The translations under genes were made by a program, and so were the position numbers. Below are positions 20,064 through 30,000 of a stretch of 64,000 nucleotides of DNA, one piece after another; within the stretch, counting starts at the first letter, position 1, and each line of letters opens with the position of its first letter. The DNA is from an uncultured Acidobacteriota bacterium (GTDB taxonomy: Bacteria > Acidobacteriota > Thermoanaerobaculia > Multivoradales > UBA5704). The notes under the pieces were generated by a model. It was not told where the DNA came from, searched no databases, and saw nothing but the letters and a program-made list of their open reading frames with translations. Where the stretch lies: positions 160,001-224,000 of the forward strand of contig CAVYRF010000002.1 of assembly GCA_963770895.1 (NCBI GenBank), written 5' to 3'.

Positions 20064-20283
20064 CCCAGCCGCCGCCGGCCTCACTGTTGACATAGACGTC
20101 CCTGGCGCCCTCGGATAACATCTCTTGAGCGTCGGAGTAGCGCCCCTCGTTGGCCGCGGCCATGAAGGCTTTCACGACCGCGGAAGGAGATTTCTCAAAC
20201 ATGATGGCACAGGATGCAAGGACTCCCAGCGCGAGGATGCAAAAGGTGGTAGCGGCGCTGTGCGCGGAAAGGAAGGCAGACAC
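20064..20283 (-). pseudogene. Truncated lipoprotein (DUF4878-like N-terminus)
   Basis: LASC lipobox followed by SPSAVVKAFMAAANEGRYSDA; frame runs into the convergent gene. Confidence 0.4.
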
Positions 20284-20342
20284 GTTGCCCTCCTCGATTG
20301 GGAGTCTTCCCGGGTCACCGGCACCCATTCCGCGGCGACCCC

Positions 20343-22286
20343 CTATTTGTTGCCTTCGGCCAAGCGCTCCGCCTCGCAGCGGATGTGCCGTGCTTCGTCG
20401 TGATCACCGCGGGCCTCGAAGATGTCGGCGATCCTGCCCATCGTCACCGCCCGCTCGCGCACGGCGCCCAGGCGTTCGAAGACTGGGAGCTGCTCCTCGC
20501 AGCGAATGCGCAGGGCCTCGTCGAGGTCACCGCGCGCTTGGAAGACGTCGGCGATCTTGCCCATCGTTACTGCCCGATCTCGCACGGCGCCCAGCCGGTC
20601 GTACACGGGAAGCTGCTCCTCCCGGCGGATGCGCAGAGCCTCGTCGAGGTCGCCACGGGATTGCAAGGCGTCGGCAATCTTGCCCATCGTCACCGCCCGA
20701 TCCCGCACGGCGCCCAGCCGTTCGTACACGGGAAGCTGCTCCTCCCGGCGGATACGCAGGGCCTCGTCGAGGTCGCCGCGGGAGTACAAGACATCGGCGA
20801 TTTTGCCCATCGTCACCGCCCGATCTCGCACGGCGCCCAGCCGTTCGTAGACAGGAAGCTCCTCCTGGCGGCGGATGCGGTGGGCCTCATCGAGGTCGCC
20901 GCGGGATTGCAAGACGTCGGCGATCTTGCCCATCGTCACCGCCCGATCCCGCACGGCGCCCAGCCGCTCGTACACGGGAAGCTCTTCCTCGCGGCGGATG
21001 CGAAGGGCCTCGTCGAGGTCGCCGCGGGATTGCAAGACGTCGGCGATCTTGCCCATCGTCACCGCCCGCTCCCGCACGGCGCCCAGCCGTTCATACACGG
21101 GAAGCTGTTCCTCGCGGCGGATGCGCAGGGCCTCGTCGAGGTCGCCGCGAGCGTGCAAGACATCGGCAATCTGGCCCATCGTCACCGCCCGCTCCCGCAC
21201 GGCGCCCAGCCGTTCATAGACAGGAAGCTCCTCCTCGCAACGGATGCGAAGGGCCTCGTCGAGGTCGCCGCGGGCGTGCAGGACAGCGGCGATTTTGCCC
21301 ATCGTTACCGCCCGTTCCCTCGCTGCGCCCAGCCGTTGATAGACGGGAAGCTCCTCCTCGCGGCGGATGCGCAGAGCCTCGTCGAGGTCACCGCGGGCCT
21401 GAAGTACATCCGCCAAGATTCCAGCAGCCGAAGCAGCGCCCCTATCCTCTCCTCGCGCTTGATCCAAACCGACCTTCTCCCGTGCGGCCGCAGCAGCGCG
21501 CTCCCAGTCCCCAGCGCGCCATGCCACGTTGCTGAGCATCCAAAGCAAGGCAGACCGTGCATCGTCCGTGAGAGAGCGTCGGAGCGATACCTCGCAAAAA
21601 CCCGCCCAGGCGTGCCAAGGACCGTGGTGCCAGGCAAAATCCATTCCTACGTGAGCCACTTGCACGGCCCCAATGCCGTCCAGACCGTCTAGCCAGAGGC
21701 CGAGCGCGTCGGCCTCTGCCTGGATCTCCTGCCAGCGCCTCGTTTGTTCCAGTTCCTGTCCGTACGGGAGAGCAGGGAGGCGCGCGAGAAACCATCCGGT
21801 AATCCGGCGATGCGCCGTCCGGTCGAAGTGACGCCGGCCCAGCGACCGCAGGAACTCCGCCAGCAGCGGGTGGATCCGATACGCCCGGCCAAGGCGTTCC
21901 GCTCGCGGGATGGGATCGAGGAGGGAAAGGCGGCGGGCGGCGACCGTGAGGTCTTCGAACGCAAGCGGGGCCAGGCCCGCGATCATGGCCCCCAGGCTGA
22001 GGCCGAATCCGGCGGCTGGGGCGTGACCGAGGTGGGCGAGGGCCGCCATCCAACGCTTGGCGTGCGTGCCGGCCTGAGCCTGCAGAAGGTCCAGAGAAGA
22101 GCGAAACGCGCCTGCCAACATGGAGCGCGTAGGATCGCCTTGGAGCGCCCGCTCGGCGGCGTCCGCGGCGCCCAGCGCCAGTCCTGCGCGGTGCAGATGG
22201 TCCACAAATCCGTCGACCGATGATCCGGCACGGAGGTGTCCGCCGGCCAGATGAATCGCCAAGGGCAGGAAGCCCACGGCCTGCAC
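20343..22286 (-). CDS. TPR-repeat protein, N-terminally truncated STAND/NB-ARC (NLR-like) remnant
   Basis: Begins at GFLPLAIHLAG (GxPLA-like motif) and YRIHPLL winged helix, no P-loop; C-terminal 41-aa TPR-like repeats. Confidence 0.75.
   Translation of the reverse strand: MQAVGFLPLAIHLAGGHLRAGSSVDGFVDHLHRAGLALGAADAAERALQGDPTRSMLAGAFRSSLDLLQAQAGTHAKRWMAALAHLGHAPAAGFGLSLGAMIAGLAPLAFEDLTVAARRLSLLDPIPRAERLGRAYRIHPLLAEFLRSLGRRHFDRTAHRRITGWFLARLPALPYGQELEQTRRWQEIQAEADALGLWLDGLDGIGAVQVAHVGMDFAWHHGPWHAWAGFCEVSLRRSLTDDARSALLWMLSNVAWRAGDWERAAAAAREKVGLDQARGEDRGAASAAGILADVLQARGDLDEALRIRREEELPVYQRLGAARERAVTMGKIAAVLHARGDLDEALRIRCEEELPVYERLGAVRERAVTMGQIADVLHARGDLDEALRIRREEQLPVYERLGAVRERAVTMGKIADVLQSRGDLDEALRIRREEELPVYERLGAVRDRAVTMGKIADVLQSRGDLDEAHRIRRQEELPVYERLGAVRDRAVTMGKIADVLYSRGDLDEALRIRREEQLPVYERLGAVRDRAVTMGKIADALQSRGDLDEALRIRREEQLPVYDRLGAVRDRAVTMGKIADVFQARGDLDEALRIRCEEQLPVFERLGAVRERAVTMGRIADIFEARGDHDEARHIRCEAERLAEGNK
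20360..21420 (-). repeat. About 8.5 tandem copies of a 123-bp coding repeat
   Basis: Unit RERAVTMGKIADVLQSRGDLDEALRIRREEELPVYERLGAV; gcccatcgtcacc recurs every 123 bp. Confidence 0.92.
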
Positions 22287-22720
22287 CAGGCGCCGGTAGT
22301 CCGCGGTGTCCTGGCGTGCTCCCTCTTCGCCCAGCCCCCGGCATCCTGATCCGCCTGCGCAACGAACGCACCGAAGCGTTCGATATTGCCTCCGTCGACC
22401 TCCTCGACCGTGCCGCCGCTACGGCTCCGGCTCCGCGGCAGGACGCATCCTGCTTAAGCGCGCCTTTTGGCTTGGAGCAGTTCGGCCACGAAATCAACGG
22501 GGGAGCTCCCCCCTCCCGGCAGCCTCACCGGCGAGCCGACCGGCATCAAGGCCGGAGCGGGCGACGCATCGGCGAACGCTGCGAGAGCCGCCTCGGCGGG
22601 GGCCCTGGCCAGCGCGGTGGACCTGAGCGCGTTCTAGTCTTCCAATATTGGAGTAACTGGAATATAAGGCCTATCCGGTTGTAGTGTGCGCCCACCCACG
22701 GGGGTCGGGTGTACGACAGT

Positions 22721-22987
22721 CTACTCATAGTGCGACCACATCCGGATCACCACTACGACCCGCTCCGCCTCGTCGATCCTGTAGACCAGCCGATGCTGAA
22801 TGTTGATCCGCCGGGAGTATGCTCCCGCGAGGTCGCCCAGGAGCTTTTCGAAGGGAGGATGGGGCTTGGACGGATTGTCAGCGAGGACGAGAAGGAGCTT
22901 TTCCGCCCTGGGGCGCAACCCCTTGGAGGCCAGTTTCTGCGCATCCTTCTGCGCCTGCTTGGTGAAAACGACTCGCCATGGGGTCAC
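22721..22987 (-). CDS. yoeB: Txe/YoeB family toxin
   Basis: FEKLLGDLAGAYSRRINIQHRLVY...MWSHYE; GTG start overlaps antitoxin stop. Confidence 0.93.
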   Translation of the reverse strand: MTPWRVVFTKQAQKDAQKLASKGLRPRAEKLLLVLADNPSKPHPPFEKLLGDLAGAYSRRINIQHRLVYRIDEAERVVVVIRMWSHYE

Positions 22988-23226
22988 CAGCCCGGATTCT
23001 CCGAGCACTCCTCGATTGGTGCCCTAAGTCCCTCGCGGATCGACTCTCGCATCCCGGGGATGGACAACAGGTACAGCGTCTCCTGCATCGCGCGCCAGTC
23101 CTGCTCCGAGACGAGCACGGCATTCCCCTTCTTGCCGGTGATCTGAACCGGCTCGCTCGACTCTGCGGTCTCGTCCAGCAGCCGGTAGAGATTGGCCCTC
23201 GCCGCGCTCGCAGTCATGCTCTTCAT
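22984..23226 (-). CDS. yefM: Phd/YefM family antitoxin
   Basis: TASAARANLYRLLDE...PVQITGKKGNAVLVS..W.AMQETLYLLSIPG. Confidence 0.93.
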   Translation of the reverse strand: MKSMTASAARANLYRLLDETAESSEPVQITGKKGNAVLVSEQDWRAMQETLYLLSIPGMRESIREGLRAPIEECSENPGW

Positions 23227-23261
23227 GCCGACAGCGTACGATAAAACGTACGCAGCGTCAA
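23227..23261 (-). promoter_or_regulatory. yefM-yoeB promoter with overlapping autoregulatory palindrome
   Basis: Minus strand TTGACG-17 bp-TACGCT, 6 nt before ATG; inverted repeat GCGTACG-ATAAAA-CGTACGC at 23234-23253. Confidence 0.8.
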
Positions 23262-23279
23262 GCTTCCTTCCCCGCGATG

Positions 23280-23852
23280 AGCAAGGAGCGCCAAGAAGAC
23301 GCCGTCCTCCCCGGTGAGCGCCGATCTTTCCTCGCCGTCGAGCCGGTTGCGCACCACGATCGTGACGCCCGCGAGCGGCAGGCCGCCGGTGGTGACGCGG
23401 CCGCGCAGCGTCGCGCCGCTCGCCGCCGCCTCCTGCCGCGCCGGCGCCAGCTTGGGGGCGGCTGGCCCGACCGGCGAGCCGATGGCACTCGCCGCGGCCG
23501 CCGGCTCCGCCGCCCGCGCCAGCCCTCCTCCGGCGCCCAGGCAGACCGCGACCATCCCGACGGCGAGGGCGGGAATGTATCGCGGAACAGACTGCGGCGC
23601 GGGCGGCGGGAGCTGGGGCTCTCCTGCCGTGACCAGGCGCCCGTCCTGCCGCGTCAAGCGCGCGCACAGCTTGCCGCGGCTCGCTTGCAGATGGGCGCGG
23701 ATCTGGGTGGGCGACATCTGCGCGAAGTCGAAAACCTTGCATTCGCACTCCCCGCAGAACCGCCGCACGCCATCACCTGTCATCTGCTCCCAGGAGGTGT
23801 GACATTCGAAACCGATCACCAACCGGTTCAGCGTCTCGCTCGCGTTTGCCAT
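23280..23852 (-). pseudogene. Truncated protein with Cys-motif N-terminal domain and carboxypeptidase-regulatory-like beta domain
   Basis: CHTSWEQM.GD...RFCGEC..KVFDF...LCARL; GRVT..GLPLAGVTIVV...TGEDGVF, then breaks off at the TA promoter. Confidence 0.6.
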
Positions 23853-24194
23853 GAAGCCTCCCGTCCCGCCCTTTGAATCGCGCAACTGCCGGAAGCGTTA
23901 CCGTCCTGAAGCTGCAACTAGATTGCAAATTGCGTACCGCCGGCGCGCCAGAGAGAACAACCGTCGGCTGGTTCAGGGTATTAGACTCAAAAAAATGGAC
24001 CATGCAACTCTGGATGTATCGCCGGCGGAGCCAAATCCGTCCATCTTGATGTGGAGTGCCCTGCTGGCACCTCGCCGTCCGGCCGCGCCGGCGATCCCGG
24101 CGATCAGGATCGGCCGTCGGCGGCATGCAACGGCGATGCTACGATTCGGTTGCGTAGACCGATCACGGCGCGGCATGGCGACAAGGAACTTACG

Positions 24195-25781
24195 ATGAAT
24201 CCCAAGCCTCCCGGGACGCCTGGGCCGGCCAGCTTCCAGGACGTCGGCCGCCTGACGCTGTTCTCGTACACGGTCGAGCCTCTGGCCTGGATGTACCGGG
24301 CTGTCATGCGCCACTTCCTGGAGGCCAAGGCTCGCTACCGCATCCAGCTGCGCCCCGATGAGATCGCCGCAGAGCTGCGGCTCTCCCTGCCCGTGGGCCA
24401 GGAACTTGTGCAGTCCTCCGTCGAGCGCTGCCTCGATAGCCTGGTTGAATGGGGCAATCTGCGGCGCAGCCACGACACGGGGAGGGTGGCGACGCTCGAT
24501 GATTTCAGGCGGCGTCACTTCGTGTACCAGATGACGCCGGCGGGAGAGGTGGCCGAGCGCGCGGTGGCCGAAGTGCTCGATGCGCTGGAGAGGAGCGGCT
24601 CCCTGCAACGGGTGATGCTCGGAACCATCCGGCGCAGCTTGGCGGCGATCGCGGCCGAAGTGGACACCGGCAGCCCGCGGCCCGAAACGCTCTTCGAGCA
24701 GCTGTTCAACGTCACCGAGCAGTTCAATGCGCTGACGCAAAATGCCGGCACGTTCCTCACCCGCCTCAACGAGGCGATCGATCGCGGCGAAGTGAACGCC
24801 GACGCGTTCATTATCTACAAGCAGGCGGTGATCGAATACCTGGACAGCTTCATCGGCGAGCTGTCGCGGGAAGCGCCGCGCATTGCCGAAACCATCGTGC
24901 GGATCGAGCAGGCCGGAGCGGAGCGCATGGTCGGTCTCGCGGCCTCGGCGGATGCCGCGCCGACGCCGCTCGGACTGGCCGATCCAGCGGCCAGGCTGCT
25001 CCAGAAGTGGCGGGGGATCGCCACCTGGTTCGTCGGCAGCGGTCAGGAGCCGCCCACGGTCGAGCTGTTGCGCTCTGCCGCACGCGGCGCGATCAATCGC
25101 ATCCTGCTGGTGCTCGAACGGCTGCACGAAAAGCGTTTCCGCCGCGTCAGCCGTACCGCCGACCTGCTGCGGCTGGCCGCCTGGTTCGACAGCCTGAGCC
25201 AGGAGCAGGAAGGCGGGCATCGCGCGCACCGCCTTTTCCAGGCCGCATTCGGTCTTTTCGGTTGCCGGCACCTGAGCGCGCGCGAGGAGGACGCCGATCT
25301 CACCTGGCCGGGCATGAGTTGGTGGGATGCGCCGGCCGTCGCCATCTCGCCGGCGCTGCGCGCCACAGGGCGCGTCTCCATGGCCGGCAGGCCGGCGCAG
25401 ATCGCCGACCACTCGCGCGAGAAACGCATGCTGGCCGATCGCCTGCGCGGTCGTCGCGCGGCCGTCGAGGCTGCGCTCGCCCGCTTCGCGGGTCGCGGAC
25501 CGCAGGCCATGGCGGAGCTGCCCTTGCTGACCGCCGACGAGCTTGCCTTGCTGCTGTCGCTGCTCGATCGGCTGCTCTCGGTGGCGAGCGCAACGCCCGG
25601 CCGCCGCGTGGCGCGCAGCCGGGACGGGCGGCTGCGCATGACCCTGGAGGACCCCGCCGGAGAGGAAGGCCAGCGGCCGGCGCTGCCCCGGGTCGCGGTG
25701 AGGACGGTCGCCGGCAGCCTGACCCTGCCGGCGTACGTGCTCACCGTCGAGGATCTGATGGCGCAAAGGACGATCGCTTGA
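24195..25781 (+). CDS. jetA: Wadjet type II JetA (TIGR02677/DUF2397-like)
   Basis: YRAVMRHF, LVEWGNL...DTGRVATLDDF.R..F.YQMT, YKQAVIEYL, SWWDAP; first gene of a four-gene SMC operon. Confidence 0.88.
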   Translation: MNPKPPGTPGPASFQDVGRLTLFSYTVEPLAWMYRAVMRHFLEAKARYRIQLRPDEIAAELRLSLPVGQELVQSSVERCLDSLVEWGNLRRSHDTGRVATLDDFRRRHFVYQMTPAGEVAERAVAEVLDALERSGSLQRVMLGTIRRSLAAIAAEVDTGSPRPETLFEQLFNVTEQFNALTQNAGTFLTRLNEAIDRGEVNADAFIIYKQAVIEYLDSFIGELSREAPRIAETIVRIEQAGAERMVGLAASADAAPTPLGLADPAARLLQKWRGIATWFVGSGQEPPTVELLRSAARGAINRILLVLERLHEKRFRRVSRTADLLRLAAWFDSLSQEQEGGHRAHRLFQAAFGLFGCRHLSAREEDADLTWPGMSWWDAPAVAISPALRATGRVSMAGRPAQIADHSREKRMLADRLRGRRAAVEAALARFAGRGPQAMAELPLLTADELALLLSLLDRLLSVASATPGRRVARSRDGRLRMTLEDPAGEEGQRPALPRVAVRTVAGSLTLPAYVLTVEDLMAQRTIA

Positions 25782-27001
25782 CCCCGGAGCCCGCGGCCGC
25801 GGCGGAAGCCGGTGACGGCATCCTGCACGCGGAGCGCCGGCGGGCGGTCCGGCTGCTGCTGGTCCACCCGCTGGTCACCGATCGAGGCCCCGACCCCGAG
25901 GGCTTCGCCCTCGTCCGGCGCCATGCCAAGGACCTCCAGCGCTGGTTCCTGGAACGGCTTGGGTTGCGGCTGGTGGTCGAGACCGAGTTCGCCCGGCTGC
26001 ACAAGCGGTGCGCTCCCGGCGCCCGCGCGCGGCCGCTGCGCACCGCGGCCCATGACTTCGACCCGCGCCGCTATGCGCTGCTCTGCCTGGCGCTCGCGGC
26101 GCTGGAGCGCATGGAGGTGCAGACCATCCTTTCCGAGCTTGCGGGGCAGGTGGCGCTGCTCACCGCCTCGGAAGAGGGCGTGGCGCGTCTCGATCTCGAG
26201 AGCCACGCTGAGCGGCAGGCCTTTGTGGACGCCGTGCGCTGGTTGGTCGATCTCGGCGTGCTCAGCCTGACCGATGGCGAAGACAGCTCCTTTGTCGAAG
26301 GGCATGGCGACGCACTCTACGACGTCCACAGCCGGCCTCTGGCGCAGGTCCTGTCGTCCGCGATCCCAGCAACGGCCGAAGAGCTGCTGGCCGACCGACT
26401 GGACGCGGAGAGCTATCCCGACACCGAGGATGGCGCCAATCTGCGCCTCCGCCACCGGCTGATGCGTCGGCTCGTCGAGGAGCCGGTTGTCTATCTGCGC
26501 GACCTCTCGGACGCCGAGCGCAGCTACCTGACCTCGCAGCGTCCCTTCCTGATCGAGCACCTGGCGGCAGGAGCCGGCCTGGAAGTGGAGGTCCGCCGCG
26601 AGGGCCTCCTCGCCATCGACCCCTCGGGCGAACTGACGGACCTGGCCTTCCCCTCCACCGGCACGCTGTCCCATGCGGCTCTGCTCCTTGCGGAGCACCT
26701 GGCGGGCCGCGCCAGGTCGACGCCCGAGCGCAGGCTCGAGGTGCCGCGCTGCGAGCTGGAAAACGTAATGGCCGAAAGGGTCGCCCGCTACGGGCACCTG
26801 TGGAGCAAGCAGGTGCGCGACGATCCGGCGGGTGCCAGCCGCCTGCTGGACGACGCTCTCGAGCGCCTGGAGCTGATGGGGCTCATCGACCGCCGGTCCG
26901 GGAGCGTCGAGCCGCTTCCCGCCATCGCGCGCTACCGGGTGACGGAGCCCCCGCGGCCCGCCGCGCTCGCGGGCAAAACGGACGATGCCGCAATCCGCTG
27001 A
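25778..27001 (+). CDS. jetB: Wadjet type II JetB (TIGR02678/DUF2398-like)
   Basis: TTGA overlap with jetA; ERRRAVRLLL.HPL, FDPRRYALLCL, RRLVEEPVVY..DL...ERSYL, E.R.EG. Confidence 0.87.
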   Translation: MTPEPAAAAEAGDGILHAERRRAVRLLLVHPLVTDRGPDPEGFALVRRHAKDLQRWFLERLGLRLVVETEFARLHKRCAPGARARPLRTAAHDFDPRRYALLCLALAALERMEVQTILSELAGQVALLTASEEGVARLDLESHAERQAFVDAVRWLVDLGVLSLTDGEDSSFVEGHGDALYDVHSRPLAQVLSSAIPATAEELLADRLDAESYPDTEDGANLRLRHRLMRRLVEEPVVYLRDLSDAERSYLTSQRPFLIEHLAAGAGLEVEVRREGLLAIDPSGELTDLAFPSTGTLSHAALLLAEHLAGRARSTPERRLEVPRCELENVMAERVARYGHLWSKQVRDDPAGASRLLDDALERLELMGLIDRRSGSVEPLPAIARYRVTEPPRPAALAGKTDDAAIR

Positions 27002-30000
27002 CGGCGCCGATCTCCTCTTGTACCCGGCGGCCGCGGCAGCGCCGGCCGCCGATCTGCCCCGGCCGTCACGGGAGCGTTTTCAACCGCTGCGCGCCGGCAT
27101 CGTCAACCTTTGGCAGTACGACGATCAGGAGCTGCACTTTCACGACGGCAGGTTGATCCTGCGCGGCGAGAACGGCAGCGGCAAGTCAAAGGCGCTCGAA
27201 CTGCTGCTGCCGTTTCTGTTCGATGCCGACCTCTCGCCGCAGCGCCTGGATCCCTTCGGCAGCACCGCGCGCACCATGGAATGGAACCTCCTGCAGGACG
27301 GCCGCTACGAGAGCCGCGTCGGCTACGTCTGGCTGGAGCTCGGGCGGCGCGAAAATGCCGATCCAAAAGCTGCCGCCGTTCTTCCAGGCGGCGGCGAAGA
27401 GGGCGCCACCAGCGGCGCGTCCGGCATGTCCGGCGTGTCCGAGATGTTCTGGACGCTTGGCTGCGGCTTGCGCGCCAGTGAGCGCACACGCCGCGTCGAC
27501 GCATGGTACTTCCTCACCCGCCTGCGGGTCGGCGGCGGGCTCGACCTGACGTCGGGCCGCACGCCATTGCTCAAGGAACAGCTGCGGCAGGGGATCGGCT
27601 CCTCAGGGTGGGTCTTCGAGACCGGAAAGGATTACCGGGAGAAGCTCGACCAACAACTCTTTGGGCTTGGCAGCGACCGTTTCGCGACCCTCAGACACCT
27701 GCTGCTGCAGCTTCGCCGTCCCCACCTCTCCGAAAAGCTCGATCCGCGCAATCTGGCCGAGCTCCTCAAGGAGAGCCTGCCGCCTCTCGACCGCGACCGT
27801 ATCGGCGAGCTCGCCGAGGGCTTCGAGCGTTTGGAAAAGGACCAGCAAGATCTCGCCAGGGCCCAGGCGGCGGAGCGCGGCGTCAGCGCCTTCCTCCAGC
27901 TGTACCAGGACTTCGCCAGGGGCGTCGGCCGTGGCCGCGCCAGCGAGGTGCGCCAGTCCGACAGCCGTTACCACAAGACTGCCGCTGAGGTCCGCGAAGC
28001 ACAGACGGAGATCGAGACGCTCGACCGGCTCGTCGCCGAGGTCGCCGAGCGCGAACGCCACGCCGACGAAGAGATCGCCGTAGCGACCGCTGCCATCGAA
28101 ACGCTCGCCGACTCGCCGGCGATGCGCTCGGCGGGCGTCCTGCGGGTGCGCCGCGAGCAGGCGGACCTCCTGGCCCGCAGCGCCACCGATGCGGCAGAGC
28201 TGGCCGAGGGCCAGACGCGGACCGTCGCCGAGCTGCGCGGCAACCTCGCGGGCGCGAATGACGAAGAACAGCGATTGGAGGGCGAACGAGAGGTGCGCAA
28301 CACCGCCGCCGCGGAGGCGGCCCGCGGCGCCGGTCTCGATGCGGCATATGAAGCCGCGCTCCGCGCCCTGCCCGGCAACCCCGGCGCGGCCAATGCGGTG
28401 GTGGTGGAAGCGGTCCGGCGGCGGCGCGATGGGATCGCCGAGCTGCGGCGCCTGGGGATCGAGCGCGACCGCGCCCAGAGCGCCGAAGAACGTGCCGCGG
28501 ATCGGTTGCAGGAGGCGGCCGAGCAGCTGCGCGCGGCGGCGCGGCGACGCCAGGCGGCCGAGACGGAAGCCGGCGTGCAGCGCGACGCCCTCGCAGCGGC
28601 GCTCATGGTCTGGTGGAACGGCGTCGGCGAGCTGCACTTGGAGGCGACGGAGGTCGCTGCGCTGCGCGCCCAGATCGCGACGTTGACGGCATCCGAGGAA
28701 GATCGCCTGGCGGCCGCGATCGCCGCGGCGGCACGCCGGCAGCGCGACTCCCTGGTCGCCCTTCGCACCTCGCTGGCGGCCGAAATCCGTCGCGTCAGCG
28801 CAGAGACGGAAGCGGCCCAGGAGGAGAGGCGACGGGTCGCGGCGGCAGAGGAGCTGGGACCGCAGGCGCCGCCCTGGCGCAGCGCCAGCCGTGCCGAGCG
28901 GGCTGGGGCGCCGCTCTACTTGCTGTGCGACTTCGCTCCGCAGCTCGACCTTGCGTCGCGAGCCAATCTGGAGGCGGCGTTGCAGGCAGCGGGCTTGCTG
29001 GACGCGTGGGTGATGCCCGACGGCGGCGTCCTGGGGGTCCCGACCTGTGACTCTTTCGTCGTGCCGGTCCACCGCCCACCTGAATCGCTGCCCGGTCCCG
29101 CCGTCGGGCAGAGCCTGGCCAGCCTCCTGGTGGCGGTACCCGGCTATGGCGTGGGAACCGAAGTGCTGGAAGCGTTGCTGGGGTCGGTGGCAGTGGAACC
29201 GCGGCGCGCCGATCTCGGCGGCCAGAACGCCGCGTCCGCGGCGATCGCGGTCAGCGCGGTCAGCGGCGACGGCGCCTTCCGTCTGGGTGCTCTGCGCGGC
29301 GCCGCCGCCAAGACCGTCGCCGAGCACGTCGGCGCCGGTGCACGCGCCGCCGCGCGGGAGCGGCGCCTTGCCGAGCTGGCCGCGCTGGTTGCAGAGCTCG
29401 AGCGCGAGCAGCTGCTCCTCATGTCGAGCGACCAGGCGGCCGGCGCCCGCCTCGCCGACCTCGATCGCGACGTGGCGGCGGCTCCGACGTCGGCGCCGTT
29501 TCGCCGCGCCCTGGCGCAGGCGGCGGCGGCGATGGCGGACGAAGGACGCCGCGCCGCCGAACAGACCGCCGCCGCGGAACGGGCGGCGGCGGCCCAGGCG
29601 GCCCGCGCCGCCGCGCAGGACCACCTCGAAGCGCGAGCCCGGGATCTCGATCTACGGGCTCATCTCGATCGCCTGGACGAGTATGCCGACCAGTTGCGAG
29701 GCTTCGTGGGGCGGTTTCAAGCCCTCTCCGCGATCGCGCCGGAGGTGGAGCGTGCCCGCGAGCGAGCGGCGCGCGCCGCCTCCCAGCTGGAGCAGGGCGT
29801 GAGCTTGCAGGCCGAGTTTCGCCGGCGGGCTGAGGAGACAGTCGAAGCGGCAGCGTTGGCAAAGGCCAAGCACGCTGAGCTGGAGGCGGTGGCGGGAGCC
29901 GAGGCCCGCGAGGTGGTGGCACGGCATGCCGCCCATCTCGAACGTCGCGACGCCTTGGTGAAGCGGCGCAAGTCGCTGGCGGCCGAGGCCGAGGAGCAGA

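Noticed and set aside
20360-21420. Regularly spaced repeats as a possible CRISPR array
   Set aside because: The whole 123-bp unit repeats in frame inside a TPR gene; there are no unique spacers and no cas genes.
22641-22720. TCCAATATTGGA palindrome and GTGTGCGCCC resembling a group II intron 5' end or an attC/dif site
   Set aside because: No intron domains, reverse transcriptase or convincing paired recombination boxes visible; too short to support a call.
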